Assembly: GCA_963826115.1 (NCBI GenBank)
Contig: CAWGVS010000010.1
Span: 288,001 to 352,000 of the forward strand
Direction: 5' to 3'
Length of the DNA stretch: 64,000 nt
Source: an uncultured Candidatus Rokubacteria bacterium
GTDB taxonomy: Bacteria; Methylomirabilota; Methylomirabilia; Rokubacteriales; DASRDR01
Part shown: positions 1 to 9,538 of the stretch, one piece after another
Numbering within the stretch: position 1 is the first letter of the stretch
Layout of the letters: every line of letters begins with the position of its first letter
Notes under the pieces: model-generated
What the model saw: only the letters and a program-made list of their open reading frames with translations
What the model was told of the DNA's origin: nothing
Databases searched by the model: none
Translations under genes and position numbers: made by a program

Positions 1-882
<882 letters not shown>

Positions 883-945
883 GGCCCACGTATGATACAC
901 GACGCGGCGGCGCCGAGGCCGTCGGACGCCGCGGGAGGTCGTGCG

Positions 946-1827
946 GTGGCGGATCGTCGGGTGCAGTTCGACTTCGAGGTCGAGTTCTCCAACGGGGGCG
1001 GCCTCCAAGGCGACGGTTTCCGGCTCGACATCGAGGGAGACGACATCGCGGACGAGGCCCTCGGCGCCTACCTCGTCCGGGACATGCGGCTCCTCATGGT
1101 GGGCGCGGTGCGGATCCGCAACAAGACGATCATCACCGAGCCGCACAAGCGCCGGGCCCCGGGCGCGCCGACGTCCCGGCTGGTCGACGTGAGCCACGAG
1201 GTCGAGGACGGCATGATCACCTACCGGGGGCTGCCCGGGCCGGTCATCCGCGACCACTGGACCCGCGAGGAGTCCCGCCCCCACTTCACGGCCGGCACCG
1301 AGTTCCACATCGGCCGGATCGACATGGTCGCGAACACCGGCACGTACGTGGACAGCCCGTTTCATCGCTATCCCGATGGCCCGGACCTGGCGGCGCTCCC
1401 GCTCGAATCGCTGGCCGATCTCCCCGGCCTGGTGGTGCGCGCGGCCGGGCGGGCGGAACGCGGGATCGACGTCTCAGCGCTCGCGGGGCTGGACGTCCGG
1501 GGAAAGGCGGTGCTCCTCCACACGGGCTGGGACGCCCACTGGCGGACCGACCGCTACTTCGAGGGGCACCCCTTCCTGACCGCGGCCGGCGCGGAGTGGC
1601 TGGCCGGCCACGGCGCGGCCCTGGTGGGGATCGACTCCCTCAACATCGACGACACGACCGACGGGCGGCGCCCCGCGCACAGCATCCTGCTGCGTCACGA
1701 CATCCCGATCGCCGAGCACCTGCGCGGTCTCGACCGCCTGCCCGATTCGGGCTTCCACTTCTTCGCCGTGCCGGTGAAGGTGCGCGCGTTCGGGACGTTT
1801 CCCGTCCGCGCCTTCGCGGTGGTGTAG
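946..1827 (+). CDS. Cyclase (kynurenine formamidase-like) family protein with a ~70-aa N-terminal extra domain
   Basis: C-terminal part of ORF 166..1827; GGAGG at 934-938 before GTG 946. Motifs [35 protein letters not shown]. Confidence 0.85.
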   Translation: MADRRVQFDFEVEFSNGGGLQGDGFRLDIEGDDIADEALGAYLVRDMRLLMVGAVRIRNKTIITEPHKRRAPGAPTSRLVDVSHEVEDGMITYRGLPGPVIRDHWTREESRPHFTAGTEFHIGRIDMVANTGTYVDSPFHRYPDGPDLAALPLESLADLPGLVVRAAGRAERGIDVSALAGLDVRGKAVLLHTGWDAHWRTDRYFEGHPFLTAAGAEWLAGHGAALVGIDSLNIDDTTDGRRPAHSILLRHDIPIAEHLRGLDRLPDSGFHFFAVPVKVRAFGTFPVRAFAVV

Positions 1828-1837
1828 CGGCCGGGGA

Positions 1838-2362
1838 TCAGTCCCGGCGCTTCGGGCGCGGCGCGCGCGGGCGGGTCGTCCGCTCGACGAGGATGATCGA
1901 CCGCTTCGAGAACCGGTAGCCCCGACCGCGCCGCCAGTCCCGGACCTGCCGTTCGAGCGCCCGGAGCTCCTTCCGCACCAAGGGATCGGTCTTCGGGTTC
2001 CGGAGCTGTTCGAGGATCGCCAGCTCGAGGTCCGCCAGCCCGCGCCCCTCGTCGAAGGCCAGGAAGGCGCGGCCCGACGCGACGGGCACCACCGACATTC
2101 CGGGCGCGCTGCGGACCGCCCGGGGGTCCACGACGATGAGCGCGCTGCGATCGGACAGCCGGGCCAGGTCGACGACGGGCTGGCGGGGAGGCGGCGTGGG
2201 CCGCGCTCGCTTCACCACCTTCTCGTAGAGCGCCACGATGGCCCAGGCGGGGTCGGGGTGGATGCGGCGGAGCGCGGCCACGACGTCGTGCGGCAGGGTC
2301 AGCGCCAGTAGCCGTCCCGGCCGGCCGAACTTCAGCGGGCGACCGCGCTGCCTCCGAGCCAC
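1838..2362 (-). CDS. Uncharacterised putative DNA-binding protein (N-terminal RGRP/GRP AT-hook-like motifs plus RHH-like segment)
   Basis: 174-aa ORF with ordinary protein composition; N-terminus RGRPLKFGRPGRLLALTLPHDVVAALRRI. Function is inferred. Confidence 0.7.
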   Translation of the reverse strand: MARRQRGRPLKFGRPGRLLALTLPHDVVAALRRIHPDPAWAIVALYEKVVKRARPTPPPRQPVVDLARLSDRSALIVVDPRAVRSAPGMSVVPVASGRAFLAFDEGRGLADLELAILEQLRNPKTDPLVRKELRALERQVRDWRRGRGYRFSKRSIILVERTTRPRAPRPKRRD

Positions 2363-2393
2363 GGCCGGATTCTCCGCGACCGAGCCGTGGTCG

Positions 2394-3632
2394 TCAATCC
2401 ATCGTCGCGACGACGTCGAACTGGAGCATGCCCTGGGGCAGGACGGCGGCCCGGGTCAGCTCGCGGTCCCGCTCCTCCCAGTACCGCACCAGGGCATCGG
2501 CGCTCCGGAACTCCGCGTCGTCCCCGAAGGCGGTGATGACCCGCAGCCGGGAGTAGTAAGACAGAAGCTGCTCCGCGTAGGCCCCCGCGGGAACGCCGCC
2601 CACCTCGCGCAGGCACCGCGGGTTGAACTCCGTGAGGAGCGTCGGGCGGTGCCGCTCGATCAGGCCCTGGGCGCCCCGGATGGCTCGCGGCTCGTGCCCC
2701 TCGATGTCGATCTTGATCAGGTCGATCCGGTCCACGTGGGCCAGCGCCTCGTCGAGGCGGACCAGCTGCGCGTACGCCCGGCCCTCACCGAGCGGCGCGG
2801 GGAGGACGAGGTACGTGTTCGAGGCGCCCCCCTTGAGGGACATGACCCCGGGCGCGTCCCAGGCCGCGCACGGCCACACCTCCACGTTCGCCCACTCGTT
2901 CATCACGATGCCGGCGAACAGGAGCTGCACGTTGTCCGGGTTGGGCTCGATCGCGATCACCCGGCCCCGCTCGCCGACGAGCCGCGCGGCCTGAAAGCAG
3001 AGACAGCCGACGTTGGCGCCCACGTCCACGACGACCTGGCCCGCATGGACGCTCTCCTGCATGAAGCGACGCACGTGCGGCTCGTAGTCGTGCGTCGCGA
3101 CGATGGCCTGGCCGAAGTCCTGGTCGGACGCCCGGACGCAGACCACGTAGCCGCCGAGGTCCACGCTGACCGCGTTCTCCGCCAGGAGGCGCTGGCGGAT
3201 CCCGCTCTTGACCTCAGCGGGCAGTGTGGGAACGATGCGCTGCCGGTACTCGTCCGAGTTCATCAGGCTCCCGACGAGCTCCTCGAGCGAGAGCCCGCGA
3301 GCCACCGCCCGCCCGTAGTGGGCGCGGCCGTCCGCATCGGGCTCGCGGCGCAGGATCATGCGGTAGGCGCTTGCGATGTCCTGAAGCGTGGCCGCAGCCG
3401 GGGAGGAGTCGTCAGCTCGCGCCGATCCCGATCTCGCGCCCGCGATCCGAGCGACGAGCCCGACGCCGCGCTTCACGGTCGCGCGCAGACGGGTCGCAAT
3501 CCGCCATGCGGTTCCGCTCGCGGCCCCATCGGGAGCCTCGGATCGTCCGGTCGCCGGGCTGCGTGGCGCGAGCGGTGAGAGCTGCGGAACGGGACCGCCA
3601 TGGGCCGTCGTCGACACGGCCCTCATTTTCAT
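2394..3632 (-). CDS. FkbM-family methyltransferase with an N-terminal DUF4214-like domain (start uncertain: 3632, 3626 or GTG 3476)
   Basis: VVVDVGANVG SAM motif, IEPNP, IDLIKIDIEGHE; upstream AYRMILRREPDADGRAHY...LVGSLMNSDEY resembles DUF4214. Confidence 0.85.
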   Translation of the reverse strand: MKMRAVSTTAHGGPVPQLSPLAPRSPATGRSEAPDGAASGTAWRIATRLRATVKRGVGLVARIAGARSGSARADDSSPAAATLQDIASAYRMILRREPDADGRAHYGRAVARGLSLEELVGSLMNSDEYRQRIVPTLPAEVKSGIRQRLLAENAVSVDLGGYVVCVRASDQDFGQAIVATHDYEPHVRRFMQESVHAGQVVVDVGANVGCLCFQAARLVGERGRVIAIEPNPDNVQLLFAGIVMNEWANVEVWPCAAWDAPGVMSLKGGASNTYLVLPAPLGEGRAYAQLVRLDEALAHVDRIDLIKIDIEGHEPRAIRGAQGLIERHRPTLLTEFNPRCLREVGGVPAGAYAEQLLSYYSRLRVITAFGDDAEFRSADALVRYWEERDRELTRAAVLPQGMLQFDVVATMD

Positions 3633-3677
3633 AGTTAAAAAAAAGAGCGTCAACCATTTATTTTTAAATTAATAGAT
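3622..3677 (-). promoter_or_regulatory. AT-rich promoter/operator island upstream of the FkbM gene
   Basis: Minus strand TTGACG-17 nt-GAAAAT; upstream AT tract with the inverted repeat ATTTA-TTTT-TAAAT (3656-3669). It is the most AT-rich stretch I can see in the window. Confidence 0.6.
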
Positions 3678-3732
3678 GCGGGGATTCCCCGACGCTGCCG
3701 GGGCGGATGGGGAGTTGGGTGCGGCTCGCGCG

Positions 3733-4566
3733 TCAGCGCTGCCGAACCGGCACCCACGCGGTGGTGCGTCCGGCGATCGTCTCCCGCCGGATCACGTCGC
3801 CGTGCACGGTGATCCCGGGCCGCGCGTTCCAGCGCCGGTGGAAGAGCCACGCTCGCGGGAACCGATCGCTGTCCGCGCGTGCCGCCACGGCCCGGCGAAC
3901 GATCGCGAGAAGGCGGGTCCGGAGCCGGTCGAGCTCCCGGTCGGACAGCGAGCGGACCGGCCGGCGCGGGGCGATGCGCGCCTGGTAGAGGATCTCGTCG
4001 GCGATCCAGTTCCCGACGCCCGCGGCGAAGCCCTGGTCGAGCAGGAGCGCCTTGACCGGGACCGCCCGCGCCCGCGCCAGCGCGCGGAACCGCGTGGACC
4101 CCGGGACACGGCGGAGCGCATCGAAGCCGAGCCCGGCGATCGGCGGCTCGGTGGCGGGGTCGCGGCGGAGCCGGATGCGGCCGAGTCGTCGGCCATCGGC
4201 GATCGCGAGCTCGCTCCCGTCGTCGAGAAACAGGCGAAGCTTGGTGAAGCGGGGCGGCCATTCGGCCTCCGCGCGGCGCCCGCTCGACACGAGGCGCACG
4301 CTCGCCCGGCGCGAGGTGTGGAGCCCGCCGGCCATGCCGAAGTGGACGGAGAGCCACGGGCGCCGGTCGAGCTCGAACCAGAAGTGCTTGCCGTGACGGC
4401 GCACGGCGCGGACCCGGCGGCCTCGGAGCGCCCGTCGGACCCGGTCGGGCGGGACGCGCTCGAACACGATCGGGTCGTCCGCCACGGCGACGTCCGCGAT
4501 CCGTCGGCCGACCGCCGCCGCCGCGGCGGCGCGCCGGGCCGTCTCGACCTCGGGGAGCTCCGGCAT
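3733..4566 (-). CDS. Fpg/Nei family DNA glycosylase/AP lyase, zincless-finger type
   Basis: N-terminal PELPEVE, RHGKH, HFGMAG, LLDQ..AGVGNWIADEIL (H2TH); the C-terminus GRTTAWVP has no Cys. Confidence 0.92.
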   Translation of the reverse strand: MPELPEVETARRAAAAAAVGRRIADVAVADDPIVFERVPPDRVRRALRGRRVRAVRRHGKHFWFELDRRPWLSVHFGMAGGLHTSRRASVRLVSSGRRAEAEWPPRFTKLRLFLDDGSELAIADGRRLGRIRLRRDPATEPPIAGLGFDALRRVPGSTRFRALARARAVPVKALLLDQGFAAGVGNWIADEILYQARIAPRRPVRSLSDRELDRLRTRLLAIVRRAVAARADSDRFPRAWLFHRRWNARPGITVHGDVIRRETIAGRTTAWVPVRQR

Positions 4567-4587
4567 GGCCCTAGCGGCGCCGGCGCG

Positions 4588-5799
4588 TCACGCGACCCAC
4601 GCCCGGGTGGTCACGCAGAACGCCCCGAGCGCGGCCACGGCGACCACGATGAGCGCGAGCGCGGTCGCGTAGATGACGAGGTAGGAGCCCGTCCAGTCGT
4701 GGAGCACGCCCGCGAGCAGCGGCCCCGTCGCGGATCCCAGGCTGTTGCCGATGCCGAGCAGCCCGAAGACCACCCCGTAGTGCGCGGGAGCGGCGATGCG
4801 GCCCACGAGCACCGAGCCGATCGTGGCCCGCGAGCCCATGGGGAGGAAGAGCAGCACGACGTAGCCGTAGACGAGCGCCCGCACGGGCCAGCGCTCGATG
4901 CCCAGGAGACATGCCGTGCCGAGGAACGTGAGCGCAAAGGAGACGAAGCCCGCCGACGGCGCGCCCACGCGGTCGGCCATGATCCCGAACAGGACGCGCC
5001 CGCTCGCGGCCAGCACGCCGCCGACGCCGAGCAGGACGGACGCGGTCTCGGGCGAGAACCCCCGCTCGGTGAGGTAGAGCGTGTGCTGCGTGGTCGCGAG
5101 ACCGCCGAAGATCGGCGGCATCGTCATCACCACCAGCAGGAACCAGAACGGCGCCGACCGCACCACGGTCCGCACGGCGGAGTCGAGGACGAGGGGCCGG
5201 CCGGGCGGGTGATCCCCGGCCGCCCGGAGCCGCGAAGGCAGCACCGTCCACGCCAGGAGGATGAGGGCAGCCACCGCCACCGCGTAGGCCGCGAGCGCCG
5301 CGCGCCAGCCGAAGCGCGCGATCACCCACTGGCACGGGGGCGCCAGCCCGTAGCCGGCCATCCCGCCCGAGAACGCGATGCCCATCGCGACGCCCCGGCG
5401 GCGGACGTACGCGTCCGCGAGGAGCGCGGCCTGCGTCACCATCCCCGTCAGCCCCACGCCGATGCCGGCGCCGACTCCCACCGCCAGCGTGAAGGTGGAG
5501 AGGGAGCGCGCCGCCGCCCCCACGCCGAATCCGAGCGTCGCGGCCCCGAGCCCCAGGCTGACGACGGCGCGCGGGTTCCAGCGCGCGACCGCCCAGCCCG
5601 CGATCGGGCCGAGCGCCGCCCCGCCGATCCAGATGAGCGTGATCGTCGACGCGGTCGCGGCGCGCGAGCCGCCGAACTCGGCGAGGAGCGCAGGAAAGAA
5701 GACGGGGAAGGTGTTGGTGATGCCGGCCACGAGGAGCGTGCACGCGAAGGCGAGCACGAGCCGGCCGCTGGCGAGGCTCTCCCGGGGGGCGGTCGTCAC
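4588..5799 (-). CDS. MFS transporter (MCT/OFA-like)
   Basis: About 12 hydrophobic segments; RRRGVAMGIAFSG and GIMADRVG motifs. Confidence 0.85.
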   Translation of the reverse strand: MTTAPRESLASGRLVLAFACTLLVAGITNTFPVFFPALLAEFGGSRAATASTITLIWIGGAALGPIAGWAVARWNPRAVVSLGLGAATLGFGVGAAARSLSTFTLAVGVGAGIGVGLTGMVTQAALLADAYVRRRGVAMGIAFSGGMAGYGLAPPCQWVIARFGWRAALAAYAVAVAALILLAWTVLPSRLRAAGDHPPGRPLVLDSAVRTVVRSAPFWFLLVVMTMPPIFGGLATTQHTLYLTERGFSPETASVLLGVGGVLAASGRVLFGIMADRVGAPSAGFVSFALTFLGTACLLGIERWPVRALVYGYVVLLFLPMGSRATIGSVLVGRIAAPAHYGVVFGLLGIGNSLGSATGPLLAGVLHDWTGSYLVIYATALALIVVAVAALGAFCVTTRAWVA

Positions 5800-5863
5800 C
5801 GGGAGATTATGGACCGATTCCGCGGGACCGCGTCGCGGCGGCGGCCACGCGGCGCCCGTCCGG

Positions 5864-6268
5864 TCAGCCGGCGAGGACCATCTGGGTCTGGATCGTCAGG
5901 GAGAGGAGCCGCCCGCTCGCGTCGGTGACCCGCGTCTGCCACACCATGGTCCGTCGCCCGCGGTGGAGCCATGTCGCCTCCGCGCGGAGGGTGCCACCGC
6001 GCCCTGCCGCGAGGAAGTTGGTCTTCGACTCGAGGGTGGTCGTGGTGGCGCCGGGCGGCAGGTTCAGCACCGTGGCCGCGGCCCCCACCGTGTCGGCGAG
6101 CGCCATCAGGGTCCCGCCGTGCACGGCGCCCGCGACCGTCGTGAGGGCGTCCCGGACCGGGAGCTCCGCCACGACCCGGTCGAGGCCCGCCTCGACGAAC
6201 CGGATGCCGAGGAGGTCGGCCAGGGTGCCCCGGAAGCGCTCGGTCAGAGTGGCCGGATCGATGTCCAT
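5864..6268 (-). CDS. PaaI-family thioesterase (hotdog fold)
   Basis: VHGGTLMALADTVGA motif, LESKTNFL, HRGRRTMVW; ATG at 6268 is preceded by GGAGG. Confidence 0.9.
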   Translation of the reverse strand: MDIDPATLTERFRGTLADLLGIRFVEAGLDRVVAELPVRDALTTVAGAVHGGTLMALADTVGAAATVLNLPPGATTTTLESKTNFLAAGRGGTLRAEATWLHRGRRTMVWQTRVTDASGRLLSLTIQTQMVLAG

Positions 6269-6322
6269 GCTGGTCCTCCGCGCGACACCCCGCACCGTGC
6301 GGCGCGCCCGCTCCTGCGATCA

Positions 6323-6339
6323 ACTACCTCCGAGGTAAT
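6323..6339. promoter_or_regulatory. Palindromic operator ACTACCTC-C-GAGGTAAT between the divergent thioesterase and XRE regulator
   Basis: Perfect TACCTC/GAGGTA inverted repeat with a 1-nt spacer, in the divergent intergenic region. Confidence 0.65.
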
Positions 6340-6373
6340 GGCTAGGGTCCGGCGACCGGTGTAGAGTCCCGCC

Positions 6374-7219
6374 ATGGCCACGACGCCGCCGGTCGACGCC
6401 GGGCGGCCACCCGGCCCCGGCCGGGAGAACGCCTTCGGGCCGGCGCTCCGCGAGTGGCGGACGCGCCGCGGGCTGAGCCAGCTCGCGCTCGCCGGAGATG
6501 CCGGCGTCTCGGCCCGCCACCTGAGCTTCGTCGAGACGGGCCGCGCGCAGCCGAGCCGGGAGATGGTACTCCTCCTGGCGCGGGCGCTCGACGTGCCGCT
6601 CCGCGACCGGAACGACCTCCTCTCGGCGGCGGGGTACGCGGCGGTGTACCGCGCGACGGAGCTCGAGGCGCCGGCGCTCGCCCAGGCGCGCCGCGCGCTC
6701 GACTTCGTCCTCCGGCAGCAGGAGCCGTATCCGGCGATCGTGATCGACCGGCGGTGGAACATCCTGCAAGCCAACGGGGGGACCGCCCGGCTGGTCGAGC
6801 TGTTCCTCGAGCCGTCCGCGACGACGGAGCTCGGGCTGAACGCGATGCGCCTCATGCTGCACCCGCGCGGCTTCCGCCCACACATCGTGAACTGGGCGGC
6901 GATGGCCGCCGCGCTGGTCCAGTGGCTGCACCGTGACGTCCTGAGTGGGCTCGGCGACGCCGGGACCCGGCAGCTCCTCGAGGAGCTCCTCGCGTATCCG
7001 GGCGTCCCGCGCGACTGGCACCGCCTCGACCTCGACGCGTCGACCGATCCGTTCCTGCCGATCGTGTTCCGCCGCGGCGACGTCGAGCTCCGCTACTTCT
7101 CGATGCTGACGAGCCTGGGGACGCCGCACGACATCACGCTCCAGGAGCTCCGGATCGAGTCCTTCTTCCCGGCCGACCCGGTCACCGAGGACGTGGCCCG
7201 CCGCCTCGCCGCGGGTTGA
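6374..7219 (+). CDS. XRE-family HTH transcriptional regulator with an MmyB-like ligand-binding domain
   Basis: LREWRTRRGLSQLALA...SARHLSFVETGRAQPSREM; C-terminal QEPYPA, TSLGTPHDITLQELRIESFFPAD. Confidence 0.92.
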   Translation: MATTPPVDAGRPPGPGRENAFGPALREWRTRRGLSQLALAGDAGVSARHLSFVETGRAQPSREMVLLLARALDVPLRDRNDLLSAAGYAAVYRATELEAPALAQARRALDFVLRQQEPYPAIVIDRRWNILQANGGTARLVELFLEPSATTELGLNAMRLMLHPRGFRPHIVNWAAMAAALVQWLHRDVLSGLGDAGTRQLLEELLAYPGVPRDWHRLDLDASTDPFLPIVFRRGDVELRYFSMLTSLGTPHDITLQELRIESFFPADPVTEDVARRLAAG

Positions 7220-7255
7220 CCTCGCGCCGGGCGCGGCGCCCGCCCGCGCGCGCCG

Positions 7256-8263
7256 CTAGCGGACGGGCGTCCAGGCGCCGCCCTCGTGCGCGGACCGGGT
7301 GGCGGCGAGGGCGATCCGGAGGGCCATCAACCCGTCATGGCCGGTCGGCGTCACCGGCGTCCCGCCCCGCACGGCGCCGACGAAGGCGTGGAGCTCCGCC
7401 GCATAGGCCTGGGCGAAGCGCTCCGGGAAGTACGGTACGTAGTCGTGGTGGGCGCCGCCCTGGTCGTAGCGGGTGAGCGGCGTGTGCCGCTCGTAGCCGA
7501 CCTTGAGCCCGCCCCGGTCGCCCAGGATCTCGGTGTGGATGTCGTACCCGTAGCCCGACTGACGCGAGTTGACGATCGACCCGAGCGCCCCCGACGCGAA
7601 GCGGAGCGAGAGCACGGTCGTGTCCCAGTCGTCGGCGGCCCGGAACGCGGCGGCCTGCGGGCCGAGCGCCGTTCCCACGGCGGACACGCTCTCGACCTCG
7701 GATCCCGTGACGAAGCGGGCGACGTCGAGGTCGTGGATGGTCATGTCCACGAACTGCCCGCCGCAGGTCGGGATGTAGTGCGGGGGCGGGGGGTAGGGGT
7801 CGTAGCTCACCGAGCGGAGGAGGTGCACGCGCCCGATCTCGCCCGCCGCGATGCGGCGCTGGGCCTCGGCGAAGCCGGAGTCGAAGCGCCGCTGGAACCC
7901 GATCTGGAGCGGCACCCCGCACTCCTTCACCACGGCGAGCGCCCGCTCGGTCGAGGGGACGTCGAGCGCGATCGGCTTCTCGCAGAAGATCGCCTTGCGC
8001 GCCCGCGCGGCCACCTCGATCTGCTCGGCGTGGGCGCCGGTGGGGGTGACGATCACCACCGCCTCCACCTCGCGGTCGTGGATGGCCTCGCGGGGGTCCG
8101 CGACCGTGCGGGCGCCGTAGCGGGCGCCCAGCTCGCGCGCGGCCGGCGCCGGATCCGCCACCACCGCGAGGTACACCTCCGGGAGACTCGCCAGGGTGCG
8201 GGCGTGAGCGGCGCCGAGCCGCCCGGCCCCGAGGAGCGCGATGCCCAGCCGCGCGCCGGCCAT
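7256..8263 (-). CDS. Gfo/Idh/MocA oxidoreductase, inositol 2-dehydrogenase-like
   Basis: C-terminal half of ORF 7256..9412; ATG 8263 overlaps the upstream TGA. GAGRLG, CEKP, GFQRRFD, DMTIHDLD, YGYD motifs. Confidence 0.88.
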   Translation of the reverse strand: MAGARLGIALLGAGRLGAAHARTLASLPEVYLAVVADPAPAARELGARYGARTVADPREAIHDREVEAVVIVTPTGAHAEQIEVAARARKAIFCEKPIALDVPSTERALAVVKECGVPLQIGFQRRFDSGFAEAQRRIAAGEIGRVHLLRSVSYDPYPPPPHYIPTCGGQFVDMTIHDLDVARFVTGSEVESVSAVGTALGPQAAAFRAADDWDTTVLSLRFASGALGSIVNSRQSGYGYDIHTEILGDRGGLKVGYERHTPLTRYDQGGAHHDYVPYFPERFAQAYAAELHAFVGAVRGGTPVTPTGHDGLMALRIALAATRSAHEGGAWTPVR

Positions 8264-9321
8264 CAGCGGACCCTCCCGCGCGCGGAGACGGGCCACACGA
8301 CCTCGACCTGGTCCCCGCGGACGCCCACGAGCTCGTCCATCATGTTGGACACGACGCAGCAGTGGTTCGGCACGACGTTGACGACCTCCCCGACGCGAGG
8401 CCGCTCCGGGCACTGGGAGAGGTCCACCACTCCGTGTTCCTCGGAGAGCCCCGTGATCGCGGCCTCCGGGTACTCGAGGACGTGGCCGTAGCCCGGCATC
8501 CCGTACTGGTCCGACGTCAAGACCTTCGTGCCGCAGTCGATCACCGCTCGCGCGTCGTTGGGCCGGCTCACCACCGTCGCGCGCACCCGCATCGCGCACT
8601 GCGCCCAGGTGGACCACCCCGAGCGGACCGTCGCCGCATCGTTGAAGACGCAGGTCCCGGCCCGATGCTCGGTGAGCATCGGGAACTTCTCCACCGTCTG
8701 AAGCGCAGGGGTCCCGCCTCCCGACACGATCGGCACCGGGATTCCCGCGTGCTTGAAGAGATCGAGCGCGCGCTCGAAGTAGGCGCGCGTGTCGGGGTCG
8801 CGGTTGGGGAACGTCATCAGGCCCTGGAAGTCCATCCGCGGGAGCTTCATGACGGCCTGCGCCAGGTCGAAGGCGGCCTGCGGTGACTGCACGCCGTTCC
8901 GGGCGCCCCCGGTGTCGCACTCGAGGACGAAGGGGACGTCCTGCCCGTGCCGCACACCGGCCTCCGAGAGGCCCCGCGCAACGACCTCGTTGTCGAGCAC
9001 CACGGTCAGGCGCACGACGCGGCGAGCGACCGCCATGAGGCGGTCGAGCTTGGGCCGCCCGAGGATGTTGTAGGTCAGCAGGATGTCGGGCGCGACGCCG
9101 TGGTCGGCGAAGACCTCGATCTCGCCGATCTTCTGGCAGACGATCCCGCTGGCGCCGCCGGCGAGTTGCATCCGGCCGATCGCCGGGACCTTGTGGGTCT
9201 TGATGTGTGCGCGGTTCCCGATGCCGTGGCGATCGAGGTGCGCCTGCACGCGACGGATGTTGTCCTCCATCGCGTCGAGGTGGATCGTGACGACCGGGGT
9301 GTCGAGGTCCTGGACCCTCAT
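8263..9321 (-). CDS. D-threonine aldolase/D-serine dehydratase-like PLP enzyme (fold type III)
   Basis: RAHIKTHK (PLP Lys), SGGGTP, EHRAG, SEEHG, PNHCC. Confidence 0.9.
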   Translation of the reverse strand: MRVQDLDTPVVTIHLDAMEDNIRRVQAHLDRHGIGNRAHIKTHKVPAIGRMQLAGGASGIVCQKIGEIEVFADHGVAPDILLTYNILGRPKLDRLMAVARRVVRLTVVLDNEVVARGLSEAGVRHGQDVPFVLECDTGGARNGVQSPQAAFDLAQAVMKLPRMDFQGLMTFPNRDPDTRAYFERALDLFKHAGIPVPIVSGGGTPALQTVEKFPMLTEHRAGTCVFNDAATVRSGWSTWAQCAMRVRATVVSRPNDARAVIDCGTKVLTSDQYGMPGYGHVLEYPEAAITGLSEEHGVVDLSQCPERPRVGEVVNVVPNHCCVVSNMMDELVGVRGDQVEVVWPVSARGRVR

Positions 9322-9538
9322 GCGCGCCCTCCTGGGTGCGACGCGGCGACGGAGCCGCGCTCGGCCGACGTCGCCGGACCGTCCGGGCCGGCTCGTCAGC
9401 GCCCCCCAGCATGCGACGCCGGCACGTCAGGCATCAAGGGCCTTTCCGCCGCCGCCGGCGCGCTTGACACCCGGAGAGCGCCCCCCCAGCATTGGGGCCA
9501 CGCGTCCGGCCACTCGTCGACGAGTCGGAGGAGGGCAC

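Noticed and set aside
7256-9412. 718-aa fusion-like ORF
   Set aside because: Only 7256..8263 is the dehydrogenase; the upstream part is an alternative frame of the PLP-enzyme gene.
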